A stretch of DNA of 64,000 bases, from the NCBI RefSeq assembly GCF_001194135.2, contig NC_068983.1, forward strand, positions 162,885,912 to 162,949,911, read 5' to 3'. The position numbers were made by a program, and so were the translations under genes. Numbering within the stretch: position 1 is the first letter of the stretch; each line of letters begins with the position of its first letter. Below are positions 24,737 to 37,900 of the stretch, one piece after another. Origin of the DNA: Octopus bimaculoides (lineage: Eukaryota). The notes under the pieces are model-generated. The model did no database searches. It was given only the letters and a program-made list of their open reading frames with translations, and had not been told where the DNA came from.

Positions 24737-26023
24737 TCTATGAATAAATAGCAGACGGTGCTACAGCTTCAAACAAAAGACGAACTCGTGAAAACTAAAG
24801 CCATCATCATTAGAAGAGGAATATTCCAAGGAGACACGCTCTCTCCACTCCTTTTCTGCTTGGCACTCACACCTTTAACTGAATTGCTAAATAGAACTAG
24901 ATGCGGATACAAATGTTACGGCAAAACAATCAGCCACCTCCTATATATGGATGACCTAAAACTATACGCTACAAATGATGAACAGCTGGAAACACTACTA
25001 CAGACAGTACATGGATTTACCAAAGAAGTAAATATGAAATTTGGCTTAGAAAAATGTACCAAAGCAACCTTGAAAAGAGGAAAACTAGTTAAGAGTAGCA
25101 TCATCACACTAGATAAAGCCAATGAAATAAGAAAACTAGACCAGAGCCAGACATACGAATATTTAGGAATCAATGAACTAGATACGATCCAACACACACA
25201 AATGAAAGAGAAAATGAAGAAAGAGTACTATAGACGAGTTAAATCAATACTGAAAACAGAGCTCAATGCTAAAAGCAAGATAATAGGTATTAACACTCTA
25301 GCCGTCCCAGTTATAAGTAACAGCTACAATATCCTTAATTGGACACTAAATGAACTAATCAAAATAGACCGGAAAACAAGAAAAATAATGACAGGATCTA
25401 GGATGTACCACCCAAGATCTGACATAGAAAGGCTATATATACAACGTATAGAAGGTGGTAGGGGTCTTATACAGCTGGAAAACTATTATAGAATAACCAC
25501 CATAGGACTGTAATGATACCTACCTCAGAAGCAAAGAAAACTAATACAACTAGCCACAAAACAAGAAAGCAACCATACTCTGGGATATACCAATACACAC
25601 ATATGGAGAAATTAGGGCCAATAGGCCAGATATAGTTATCAGAGATCATGAAGAAAAAAATGTTTTCTAATCGATGGATCAATACCAACAGATGACAACG
25701 TTTCTCTAAAAGAAATGGAGAAACTTTCAAAATACAAAGACCTGGAAATAGAGGTAACTCGAATGTGAAATCTAAAAACAGAAAAAATTCCTATCATTAG
25801 GTATGATAAAAAAATATTCAGACAAATACATAACAAAAAACACCGGGGCTTACAAGTATATATAACATACAGAAAATTGCACTACTAGGCACTGCACACA
25901 TCCTATGCAAAATACTTTCAATACAGTAACCATAAGAGCACCACAGCAAACCACAGCACATACCCAAGGCACACAGAGCTGCGCTCGGTAGTGAAGTGAA
26001 AGCACACTATAAAAATAAAACTA

Positions 26024-26088
<65 letters not shown>

Positions 26089-26095
26089 TAATAAT

Positions 26096-26128
<33 letters not shown>

Positions 26129-26140
26129 AATAATAATAAC

Positions 26141-26195
<55 letters not shown>
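24737..26195 (+). mobile_element. RLE-type (R4/Dong-like) non-LTR retrotransposon: RT domain, internal deletion, 3' end and (AAT/AAC)n tail
   Basis: ORF 24758-25513 contains RRGIFQGDTLSPLLFCLAL, ISHLLYMDDLKLYA and FGLEKC. The downstream remnant reads KYKDLEIE...IQKIALLGTAHIL. Confidence 0.9.
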
Positions 26196-26299
26196 GTGAT
26201 AAAAAATTATACCAGAAAATCCCAAAATAGGAGAAAAAAAATTAGTGCTCATGGGAACTGTGGTGTTTGTCCTTAGATGTTACTCGTTTTTTTGTCTTC

Positions 26300-27154
26300 C
26301 AGTCCAGGCATTATAGTTCTGTAAAGATTCCAGACAATGATGTTAAAACTGCATTGGACTACTTGGAAGTGCTAACGATCTTCAAAACAGTTCTGACCCT
26401 AAATGCAGATTTTACGATACATTTGATGAAACAATAGACCATCACGCCTCAGGATGTTCTGTGCTGACATCAAACGTATAAAACAATCGCCTCGATAGGG
26501 TAGAGCAGTATTTACATTGGAAAATATGTAAACACTACAAAACCAGCGCTCCTGGTTACTGGTATGAATATCAACCTGAGCCAGTCACTGAGGGTAAAAA
26601 GTCACTATCCCCTGAGATTTTCCAGTCAATACCGACAGAATGATCCAGGCAAATCAACCAGACATTAAAGACAGAGAAGAAAATACTTGTAGAAAATATT
26701 TCTCTGACATTAAAGACGGAAAAAAATACTTGTAGACTAATAGATGTAAGTGTCCCCACTGATAAATATATATCTGTAAAGAAATTTGATAATTAAATAT
26801 AAGGACCTGGAGATTGAAATACAAAAGATGCGGCATCTTAAAGCGAGAACTGTTCCTATTATTGTAGGTGACCTAGGTATGGTAAGAAAGGGATGTCAGA
26901 AACATCTAGATAATATCCCAGGAGAACCATGTCTCAGAGAAATCCAAAAGACTGTGCTGACAAATACTGCCCACATCCTTAGAAAGATCCTATCAATTTA
27001 AATATCTGTGTTGTATTACATGAAGATATGTCGCTACTGCCACTGTCCCTCCCCAAGCTTTCAGTCATGCTGTAACATCTCTTATCCTACACTCACCCTA
27101 GGAAGCTGGGTGTGTCTCGGCAAGTGACTGTAACAAACATACAGATAAGAAGTA

Positions 27155-27185
<31 letters not shown>
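26300..27185 (+). mobile_element. RLE-type LINE 3' fragment (CCHC-like finger and restriction-like endonuclease), (AAT)n tail
   Basis: CRFYDTFDETIDHHASGC..., DVSVPTD..., YKDLEIEIQKM...PIIVGDLG...IQKTVLTNTAHILRKILSI*. Confidence 0.85.
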
Positions 27186-27594
27186 TGAATTTGTGTGTCG
27201 AAACAGATTTTGTTGTATCTCGGGAGGATCATTATGTTAATAAACACACGCACCACTTATATTTCACTTTTTATTATTTATTTGTCAATTGTTTAACATT
27301 TAAATAATTAATTAATCGATAGTTTAAATTAATCGTTCGGCTAGTCAATTAATCATTCAGTTAGTTTGGCTTGTCAAAATTTTTCGTCGCCACTTGCGAC
27401 CTCATCAATAACATGCCTTCTCTACACCGGGTCTGCTTCGAGTCTGTCTGTCTGTCTGTCTCCTACTTCTATATCTATATTTATATGGATGTGAATGGGA
27501 ATGTATGTCAGCGGTAGGAAGAGAGAGAGAGAGAGTAAAATTAGGAGTGTATGTGTGTGAGAGAGAGAAAGAGAGAGAAAGAGTAAAAGTGGAT

Positions 27595-27650
<56 letters not shown>

Positions 27651-27907
27651 AAGAAGGAGTGTATGTGTGTATCTGAACTTTTATTAATGCAGATGGTTTT
27701 CATTTTCTTACCGATGTATTTAATTTGCCAAGTACAGCCTGCAGTTTCCCACAGTCAATCATTAGATTTAGTACTGTTTGTGCTTATTGTATATACTAAA
27801 AGTACAAATAATATACTTATGGAGAAAATGTTTGCGCAAGAGAAATGCATAATTAGCCACATATACCTTCTTTGAGTAGCGATGAATAGCTGGTCTATAT
27901 TCTAGAG

Positions 27908-28018
27908 CAGTGGTTCACTATCTAGGATCCGCAGACCCGTGGTGGTCTGCAAAATGGTCTGGGGTCCTTGAACTAAATTCAAGGTGGTCTGAGGGTCCTT
28001 GAACTAAATTCAAATTTT

Positions 28019-28050
<32 letters not shown>

Positions 28051-28128
28051 AGCATATTAAAAGGAGTCCGTGGAAAGACTCATTTAAATAAAAGGGGTCC
28101 TTGGTAGTGAGAAGGTTGGGAACCACTA
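27908..28128. mobile_element. hAT (Buster/Charlie-type) MITE with 8-bp TSD and internal about 30-bp tandem duplication
   Basis: TIRs cagtggtt and aaccacta. TSD ttctagag (27900-27907) and ttctatag (28129-28136). Confidence 0.8.
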
Positions 28129-28211
28129 TTCTATAGGAATGTATTTCTACGTAACAAAATATTACCATCTAAGGGATAATAATAATGATAATAATAATAA
28201 TCTTTTCTACG

Positions 28212-28415
28212 AAAGGGCTGCAATAAGGGTGCAGCACTTGCAGAAAACAGCACTGCTTGGAACCTCTCGAATACTCCGGAAGGTGCTCGAAAAATAAGAG
28301 GCGTTACCTTAGTTCACTGGTAGCGAACAGCTGACACCGTAGTACATCTCCAGCGTTAGAAACTGTACAAAGGCAATGATATAATAATAATAATAATAAT
28401 AATAATGATAATAAT
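28212..28415 (+). mobile_element. RLE-type LINE extreme 3' fragment between (AAT)n tracts
   Basis: IRVQHLQKTALLGTSRILRKVLEK*, followed by a 3' UTR and (AAT)n. Confidence 0.8.
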
Positions 28416-28932
28416 CTCATTGTCTCTATAAACAACAGATTAGAAATATGTTTTTCAGTCAGTGTAAACCGCTACAGAAAACAACTTCATTTTTGCTGAA
28501 TTTGTTTAAATCGTGATTTAAAAAAATGTATTTGTCGGCAAAATTGTGATAAAGTTGCTCTGTATTCTTTGTAGTAGAACTGTTCATTTTTATCCTGTAC
28601 TGTTATTTGTTTTAAATTTCCATTGCATATTCATATCTTTATTCCTTTAATATTAGCAGTTAAATAATAAGAACAAAGGCGTTGAAGCAATGACGTCAAC
28701 CACAAAACTGTTTAAACACACAAGATAAAGTAGGAAATATGAAACATTGTAACCAATAAAAATTACTTTGTTTCTATCACAGCTAGATTCATAAAAATCA
28801 CTCGATATCACTCACTAATATGAAACATTTCTCCCTCTCTTCTATCAACAATAGAATCAATAAGACGAAAACCTAGCAACTCGCTGCTTGTCATGGCTGA
28901 CTATAAAATGAAACCCATAACTTGCTCCTCCC

Positions 28933-28992
<60 letters not shown>

Positions 28993-29345
28993 GCGTAGAT
29001 AAATTATTGTAAAATGTTGTTATTGCAGTTTTCTTTTCATCGGCCATTTCTGATGAGTGTGTGTATGTTTGTGTGTGTATAATCTATGGTGTGAAAACAA
29101 CCAAATGGTCATTTTAGTATAACCCCATCAAACAAAATCACTCGATATTCCCCCACCCCCAATCATTTTAAGATGTTACAAGTTTTTACATTTTCAACAA
29201 TAAAAGTTATTTTGTTATACCGAAAGGAAATATATACATTTCAGACATGCTTTTACTCAAAGAATTCATAAAATCTTCCACCAAAAGGAGACCAAGAAAA
29301 TTCTAATACGAAGCTGGTGATCGCTACCAAGCAACGGTAATTTAC

Positions 29346-29421
29346 TGGTAAAAGAAATTTCTGGCTGAACATACAATGTCTATTATAACAATTTTCATTA
29401 CATTTCCATTTTGAATATCTT
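29346..29421 (-). CDS. Candidate exon J (76 nt)
   Basis: Strong acceptor gttcctgcctttgtag, donor CCA|gtaaat. Phase 1 to 2 (DIQNGNVMKIVIIDIVCSARNFFY) fits exon H; phase 2 to 0 (RYSKWKCNENCYNRHC...) is also open. Confidence 0.35.
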
Positions 29422-29999
29422 CTACAAAGGCAGGAACACAACCAGGATTGTCTCTAGCCTGGAATGACATTATTTGTAATTACGAATACATTGATATGAC
29501 CACAGTTTTGTCTAAACAGACCTCAGCACAGGACAAAATTAGAGATAGTCAATAATGGTCCTTTTCAGTCACTTATGAAATAAATAAATAGGTAAATAAT
29601 GAATAATGATAGCTTACTAGCAGGACTAGTGAATATTTCACGGAGGTAATTGTAAACTTATTGGGTTATTTCTAAAAACTTTGTCCCAAAAGACCTGAAA
29701 ACGTAGCCTGCGTTGTGTCTATACCAAAAGATAATTACTCATCTGCTAATGATTGAAAAGTGAAAGAAATTGAAATACTATGATTAATTAATGCACTTTA
29801 TATACTTTATACACAGCATTCTCCCTCTTTCTCTCTCACTCTTCGCCGTATCCTCTTTTTCTCTCTCCTTTTTCTTTCACTCTTCGCATTTCCCTTCAAC
29901 TAATCACGTGAACACGTCACAGACGGGTTAAGTAACGGAGGAAAATTAACTTAGTCAAAAAAACAAAACCCTTAAAAAATTACACGTTTCACTCACCAC

Positions 30000-30520
30000 A
30001 TTCTTCGTCTAATAACGTTGCTTCTTTTATTATCCATCAATCTACGCATCTTCTCCATTCACCATTCCTAGGTGGGTCAAAGTAGAAAAGTCTTCAAGTA
30101 CCGCCTTCATAGGGTCCTCAGCAACCATTATTACTCTTCCCGGTTGGTTTCCCAAGCGTGACCAACTGAGACTACGGCTACTATCCAACCATCACGTTTT
30201 TGGTCTACTCCTAGGTCTCTTGCCGATTGGTTCCGCTTGAAGAATCCATCTTGTGATTCTTTCCTGCAACATTCTGATGTCACACTCTGTCATTATAACA
30301 ACCATCATATCCCCATTTTCACCGGTTCCTTCAACATTGTTTTCTAATAAAAGCTCATATTAAACAAGAGATCACAGCTTTTCTTGTCCTTTCCATCGAT
30401 ATCAAGTGTATAAATGGATTCGAACGCCTTCATCCAGTTATCATAATCTGGATGATATCTTCGTTCACTTCCAGCTGTTTACTCTTTCCTCCACAACACT
30501 CTGCAACCACAATGCTATAA
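30000..30520 (-). mobile_element. LINE 3' fragment (RT C-terminal)
   Basis: RWILQAEPIGKRPRSRPKRDGW matches the LINE G.RP.GRP..RW motif; heavily disrupted. Confidence 0.65.
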
Positions 30521-30559
30521 TATTTCTTTCTGATCATGATATAAGATCTGTAGTCTTCA

Positions 30560-31143
30560 GGGAAGGGAGCTAGTCGATTACATCAATTCAAGTGCTCAAC
30601 AGGTACTTATTTTATCGATCTCAAAAGGACGAAAAGCAAAGTTAACCTCGGCAAAATTTGAACTCAGAACCTGACTTCGAAGTCGATAAAATAATTGTTT
30701 TGAATGTTGGCACAAGGTAGGACTTTTAGGTGGTGGGGAGGATTATCGATTACGTCGACCCCAGTACGTGACTGGTTCGTATTCAATTGATCTTGAAACA
30801 ATGAAAGGCAAAGTCGAGCTCGGTAGAATTTGAACTCAGAACATAAAGACGGACGAAATGCTGTTAAGCACTTTGTTCGGCATGGTAATGATTCTGTCAG
30901 CTCGTCGCCCTTAGAGATCGATAAAATAATGGTTTCAAATTTTGCCACCAGGTCAGCAGTTTCAGCAAAGGGAGAAGTAGGTTATATCGACTCCCAGAAC
31001 TCAAATGGTCCTTATTTTATCGACCCCGAAAGGACGAGAGGTAAAGTCTACATCGGTGAAATTTGAACCCAGAACGAAAAGACGGACGGGATGCTACTAA
31101 GCATTTTTGCCCGTCGCAGTAACGATTCTGCCAGCTCGCTGCC
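30560..31143 (-). mobile_element. Three tandem family A SINEs
   Basis: Three consecutive reverse copies. The last is flanked by ttagag..gataaaataatg at 30911-30931 and 31145-31165. Confidence 0.9.
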
Positions 31144-32439
31144 CTTAGAGAATGATAAAATAATGATTTTAATTTTCCGATGTATAAGAAATCCCCACCA
31201 ACCTCCTCTTCATCAATTCACGTCGTTCCTAAGAGAGAAACAATTACTTTTAAAAAATATGTAATGAAAAATAAAATTTCTTAATTGTCAGCTAAAACTT
31301 CTTCAACAGTTTTGTGTTCTGAAAATTGTTTTATTCTCGACAAAATAATGCCTATAACATGTTTCTAAAATTAAACTTCACGAATAATATTGGTAAAGCA
31401 ATTTTAAAACATTGGTGAAAGTGTTTTAATATTCATTAGATGTCGGATGTGCTATATGTCGTCAACCTTACGTTAGCTTTATTTGAAGAGGTCATTTGTA
31501 CGAGATAATGATTTCAAATTCAAAATAGATGATACCTTCCCTCCCCATTTATAATAACAGAAGAACGCTATTAAAAGAATGAATATGTCAAAGGTGCCAA
31601 TTCTAGTGGTGAAATTAAGTAGCCTATCATATTGCTTAGAGAATGATTATAAGATGACCACCTAGCTAAGCAAACTACTAACGTCTACTATATTACTGCA
31701 CAATAACCAATACAACAATACCGAAATTGGTATTAATGTGTGAATGAAGTATCAAATTAATCACAGCTTGCGACTGCACATATCTCTGCTAGACGCTGCC
31801 ATGTTAGCGATGCCATATTATTCAATTAGCTGCATCTCAGAACTAAGAACATGAAATAAATTTCATGCTATTCATCTTCTTATCTTTTTTTTATTATTAT
31901 TGTTTTGTTTTGGTCTGTTTTATATTTTGAGTAATTTTCTCGTCGCTGATGATGAGACGAATTACAGAATTAGCATCAAATAATGGTCTGGCATGAGTTT
32001 CAACAACTTTCAGAAGCCATAAAAATAGAGAAAGTGCCAGATGATAGTTTGGCCATTGTCACTGATGTCGCCACTTCTCTTTATGTTATGGAATTAATTA
32101 TAGTGATGAAGATAATGATATCAAAATTAAATCTAATTACAATTCTCTAAGTTGAAAAACTTCCAATACTCCCAGCTGAAGAATTTATAATTCCATTTCA
32201 ATCAACGGCACCGTTTTGTCAATAAGAAACCCAAATACGACTGATCCTTGAAAATTAAGATTGCTTTATTTCAAATATGTTTAATTGTTCTTTTTGGTGA
32301 AATAGTAAATAAGATTTGGGAACTACATTTCGACTTGTGGATTGATTTAGACAACCAATTGGATGCTTATTAGATTTCGATAGCGTATTCATCTAGGTAT
32401 ATTCTAATATATCTGTTAATCTATGCATGTCTTAATATT

Positions 32440-32652
32440 GGCATCAAATTTTGGCACAAGGCTAGCAGTTTCGTGGGAGAGTGTAAGGCGATTACATGAA
32501 CTCCAGCAATCGATTGGTACTTTATTTTATCGCTCCAAAAGGATGGAAGGCAAAGTCAACCCCAGGAGTATTTAAACTCGGAACGCAAAACCGGAAGAAA
32601 TGCTGTTAAACATTTTGTCCGGCGTGGTAACGATTCTACCAGCTCGCCGCCT
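32440..32652 (-). mobile_element. SINE family A
   Basis: Reverse family A. Confidence 0.85.
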
Positions 32653-32656
32653 TATG

Positions 32657-33249
32657 TACAAGGTGGTCCGAAAGTCTTGTTACCCCGCTGCCGAAAAGTA
32701 ATACGAACAATAGAGGGACAATATAGTAATTATTTCTTTCTTTATTGCCCATAGGGGGCTAAACATAGAGGGGACAAACAAGGACAGATAAAGGGAATAA
32801 GTCGATTGCATCGACCCAGTGCGTAACTGGTACTTATTTAATTGACCCCGAAAGGATGAAAGGCAAAGTCGACCTCGGCGGAATTTGAACTCAGAACGTA
32901 AAGACAGACGGAATACTGCTAAGCATTTCGCCCGGCGTGCTAACGTTTCTGCCAGCTCACCGCCTTGGGACAATATAATAATATCAAACACATGAACTGG
33001 TTTGAGTGTATTCACTTTTATTGACATTGACACTGTCACACATCGAGAAGGTCTGTATGAACACCAACAGCTTCGTAAAATATCACACAGGAGATGGCGC
33101 CGCATCATTTTCTGTCACAAAAATGATGGTGTTCATACAGACCTTCTCGATGTGTGACAGTATCAGTGTCAATGAAAGTGAATATAATAAAACCAGTACA
33201 TGTGTTTGCTATTATATTGTCCCTCTATTATTCTTAGTACTTTTCGCAG
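32657..33249. mobile_element. Tc1/mariner-type MITE with long TIRs, left arm interrupted by a family A SINE (about 32730-32965)
   Basis: Terminus tacaaggtggtccgaaagtc. Arms 32966-33066 and 33127-33249 are near-perfect inverted repeats, and the left arm continues at 32690-32728. Confidence 0.75.
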
Positions 33250-33539
33250 AGCGAAATTTGAGCTCAGAACGTAAACACGAGAGGAAATGCCGCAAAGCAT
33301 TTTGTCCAGCGTGATGACGATTCTGCCAGTTCGTCGCTTTAATTCCTTGTCCATTTTGATGCATGTGTATCCAGACATATCTTTCTATGCAATTAAACTA
33401 TAATCATTATACAATTCACACAAACAAGGAGGAAATGTAGCAAAACTGGAACTGCAACAAAGTTAGTAATATCTCCCAAGCTATCAACCTAAAAAGCAGC
33501 AACATTTTGTCGTCAATTATCAGAAGATGGAATCAATGT

Positions 33540-34570
33540 CGAGACTCCTTCCCAATCTGGTATTTACAGATCGACTATCAAAGAAGCTGTTAAACTAAAA
33601 AAGAAAATGAAGTATACACTACATTTAGAAAACTGGTCATTGCATCGTGATGGTAAACGTATTGATGACCAAGAATACCAAGTTTTAGTTTTAAAGAATG
33701 AACAGAGAGAAGTTAAGTTAGAAGCACTCCAATTACCAAAGGGAAAAAGCCGATACTGTTGTGAAAGGAATAACAGCTGTTTTAGATGATTACAATTTGT
33801 GGAACTGTATAAATATGATTGTCGCTGAGACAACGAGTGTGAACACTGGGAAAAGAAATGCCATTGTCATTCAGTTGCAAAGACTGTTTGCTCAAAAAAG
33901 TTTGAAAAAACCGCAATTTATTGGTTGTTAGCATCAGATCCTTGATAGAGATCTTCGTGTTGTAATGGATAACAAACTTGGAGGAAAAAAATTCATCTCC
34001 CAATATTGAATATACATTCATTCCAGAGCTTCTAAGTAATTACGAGAAACACCTGGCTAATTTCAACAATGGTGAAGAAAAGATTACCGAGTCAGCAGGA
34101 TGGCGAGATGACATGAAGTTTCTATTTCATTTGACCAGAGTTCTTCATTTCTTTGAAGAAACCGGCAAATATCCTACTGTAAAGTTTCAAAAAATATCCA
34201 ACTTAAGTAATGCAAGATGGAATTCTCGAGCAATACTAGCTCTTTTGGCATTTATTCTTCTACTAGAGAAAAGAGTTTTGCTTCTTAATGTTTGTCGATT
34301 CATCTCTTACAACTGGGTAGATTTTTGTTTTACTGACCAAATGTTCAATGCACACGATTATCAGAGGTTATGTGGTAGCCTGCAAGTTTCTAAAAAAGCA
34401 AAGCATTGAACTCTGTAAAAAGACTTTTGGAGTCGAGAACAATCAAAACTGGAAATTCCCAGAACAAATCAGTGCAGAACTGGCAATCAAGTGCCTTCAA
34501 GATCTTTATGATGTTTGTAAAAGGGAGAAACTTCAGCTTCGATTTATTTTATTTAACAAAACATATTAAT
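33540..34570 (+). pseudogene. hAT-superfamily-like transposase fossil
   Basis: Across frameshifts: SLHRDGKRIDDQEYQVLVLK, VAETTSVNTGKR, IGC*HQILD and SNARWNSRAILALLAF, resembling the D, D, CxxH and RW motifs of hAT transposases. Confidence 0.65.
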
Positions 34571-35034
34571 TCTTTGTTTTGTTTAAAAATTTGCTTACAT
34601 TCAGCACCTTTTTTTACAAAGTTATTTAAAATTGGAATTAAACCCATAAAGTTAAAAATATGTATTGTTTTTAATTTCGCATGTTATCGAATGCTTGTAG
34701 TGGCCTCCGTCTTAAAATAGCCTTGTTTTCAACCTTTGCATAGAGCAATTTCAAATTCAGTAATCTTAAACATGTATAAATACACTTTTATTTCACATCT
34801 CTCTTGCGTTTACAAGGATTTAGGCAGCGGAAATGCTGAAGTATGAATCTAGTGCCATCTAGTGATTATAATTTTAAAAGCCCATAACTCCGAAACTAAT
34901 TCAACTAGAAAGCTGAAATTTCAGATATACTATTTCTGCATTGCATTGAGTCAGCACACCAGATTTGCTAAAATCTTGAGCAGGGGTTATGAAAACCCTT
35001 ATGTTAGTTTTCTAACTTTTATGAAATTATTCAT

Positions 35035-35192
35035 AGAATGTGGCTGTGTGGTAAGACTCTTACTTGCCAATCACTTGGCTCAGGGTTCAGTCCCACCTTG
35101 TGGCACATTGGGCAAGTATCTTTTATTATAGTCACGGGCTGAACAAAGCCTTGTGTGTAGATTTAGTAGATTGAAACTGAAAGAAGCCCGTC

Positions 35193-35195
<3 letters not shown>
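35035..35195 (+). mobile_element. SINE family B
   Basis: gtggctgtgtggtaag...gggcaagtatcttttattatag...aaactgaaagaagcccgtcg followed by (TA)n. Confidence 0.85.
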
Positions 35196-35234
<39 letters not shown>

Positions 35235-35867
35235 NNNNNNNNNNNNNNNNNNNNNNNNNNNNNNNNNNNNNNNNNNNNNNNNNNNNNNNNNNNNNNNNNN
35301 NNNNNNNNNNNNNNNNNNNNNNNNNNNNNNNNNNNNNNNNNNNNNNNNNNNNNNNNNNNNNNNNNNNNNNNNNNNNNNNNNNNNNNNNNNNNNNNNNNNN
35401 NNNNNNNNNNNNNNNNNNNNNNNNNNNNNNNNNNNNNNNNNNNNNNNNNNNNNNNNNNNNNNNNNNNNNNNNNNNNNNNNNNNNNNNNNNNNNNNNNNNN
35501 NNNNNNNNNNNNNNNNNNNNNNNNNNNNNNNNNNNNNNNNNNNNNNNNNNNNNNNNNNNNNNNNNNNNNNNNNNNNNNNNNNNNNNNNNNNNNNNNNNNN
35601 NNNNNNNNNNNNNNNNNNNNNNNNNNNNNNNNNNNNNNNNNNNNNNNNNNNNNNNNNNNNNNNNNNNNNNNNNNNNNNNNNNNNNNNNNNNNNNNNNNNN
35701 NNNNNNNNNNNNNNNNNNNNNNNNNNNNNNNNNNNNNNNNNNNNNNNNNNNNNNNNNNNNNNNNNNNNNNNNNNNNNNNNNNNNNNNNNNNNNNNNNNNN
35801 NNNNNNNNNNNNNNNNNNNNNNNNNNNNNNNNNNNNNNNNNNNNNNNNNNNNNNNNNNNNNNNNNNN

Positions 35868-35933
<66 letters not shown>

Positions 35934-36208
35934 CTTTTGTTGTATTTTCAATATACATGAGTAGCCAGTTACCGTGAGTACAATAATCCTGTGTTGTATT
36001 TTCATTTGTGCTTCATTGATTAACTTTCCGGAAAAGGCTGATCACTGACAAGTTATCGAACCAACTTTTTCGAACTTCTACTGTTAGGGCTTTGTGACCT
36101 TACAAAATTTTCTGAATTGTATCGCTTCTAGTCTTCCTACTACTAATCCATACTCAACATAGAGAAGCTGGATTAGGGGATTAGCCCAGAATATATTTTA
36201 ATATCCGC

Positions 36209-36270
<62 letters not shown>

Positions 36271-36504
36271 AATATATACACACATTTATTCTATGTGTTT
36301 CAGCCCACGTATATATAAGTCTGTGTGTGTGTATATATAATAGTTTTTACTACTGTACGATTTATCTTATACCGTGTGTTTTTGAGAAGCTGGAGAAAGT
36401 GAAACCGTTTTACACAACGATTAAAGTTCCTTCAAATTGATCTTTGATGTTCTGCTTTTACTTTCAAAAGATTTTTAAAAAATGTACTTGATAATTTTTA
36501 ATTT

Positions 36505-36678
36505 AATTAATCCATAGGCACAGGAGTGGCTGTGTGGTAAGTAGCTTGCTTACCAACCACACGGTTCCAGGTTCAGTCCCACTGCGTGGCACCTTAGACA
36601 GGTGTCTTCTACCATAAACTCGGGCCGGCCAAAGCCTTGTGAGAGGATTTGATATACAGAAACTGAAAGAAGCCCGTC

Positions 36679-36734
<56 letters not shown>

Positions 36735-36770
36735 TTGCACCCCCTCCATCGCTTAACAACCGATGTTAGT
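36505..36770 (+). mobile_element. SINE family B
   Basis: ggcacaggagtggctgtgtggtaagtagcttgc... full head. Confidence 0.9.
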
Positions 36771-37253
36771 GTGTACAGATATTATATATCGAGAAAAAAG
36801 GAGGCAGTCCGAATTTTGGATAGTTCTTTTATTATTAAACGAACTCTTCAAGATAAAAATTTAAATCAAAACGATAAGAATAAATACAGAGCGTTTTCTT
36901 GTTCTGTTATGTGACGTCTTTAGCAAAGAGTGGGAGAAAAGGATAGATAGACAGATAGATAGATAAAGAGAGAGAGAGAGGGAGAGAGAGGGGAGGTTTC
37001 TTTTCAATTACATTATTTGTTTTGGCAACAAGAGAGGAAGAAGAAAAATATCACGTTATTGACATTGGAACTACATTCAGAAATAACAATAACAGTATAA
37101 ATGTTTGCTTTTCATCCATCATCATTACTATTAATAAAAACAAATAATAAAATGACCACAAAGAATCTCTCTTGATGGACACCAAAACCATCTAGAATAC
37201 ATCGAGGTCTCTTTCCAATTCTTTTGACAAAATGCAGTTCCCCTGCTTCTCTT

Positions 37254-37900
37254 TCAAACATTTAATTTTGGAGAGAATTTTTTGATGAAGTGTAACTCCA
37301 TTGCTTTTAGGAACTTTGGGTTATCTCTTGAACACTTGTAAAAGAGGAAGGTTTTGAATTTTCCTTCACCGCATATTTCTAGATGCTTGCTTAGCGGAAT
37401 CTTGCGTTAATCCTCTTGTCGGATGTGTTGCCTGTGGATTCTTGAACGTTGGCAGAGGAAATGGTCTGTTTCGCCAATATAATTTTCCTTGCAGCTGGGG
37501 CAAGCAATGCAGTATATGAGATTCTGTGTTTTGTACTTCATATCTGCATTTACTTTGCACGAGAATCCGCTCTTGAATGTTATGTGGGAACTACTTTCTA
37601 AACATTTGAAACTGTTGTTGCTGTATATTCCTCATCTGCTATCTCTACATTCTTTTACGGAGAATTCTGAGTCATTCACTGATGTGCATTTTGACCTAGT
37701 GAGGTTTTTTTTGAGATCTTTTGGCTGGCATCTACTATTTCGTTAGAAGTTTTCATCAATCGGATTTTTCATTTTGGGGTTTTGTAGAAATATTGGAAGG
37801 TTTGATTTTATCGTGTGAAAAAAGTTGGGTACCCCAGGGTTGTACGTATTGATAAATAGAATCGTGTGTTCATTAGTTTTTTTCTATATATCTCACCCAA
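37254..37900 (-). mobile_element. Second Penelope-like element, GIY-YIG C-terminal remnant
   Basis: NLIYCIACPSCKENYIGETDHFLCQRSRIHRQHI...PLSKHLEIC...MELHFIKKFSPKLNV*, in a frame not shown in the ORF track. Confidence 0.85.

Noticed and set aside
27712-27740. Short candidate exon with a strong gtaaga donor (-)
   Set aside because: The acceptor lacks a pyrimidine tract and the frame is ambiguous.
29249-29337. Plus-strand exon with AG/GT borders
   Set aside because: All three frames contain stops.
36104-36167. Candidate exon LLYVEYGLVVGRLEAIQFRKF (-)
   Set aside because: Sites are only moderate, and joining it to exon J creates TAA. It cannot be placed in the model.
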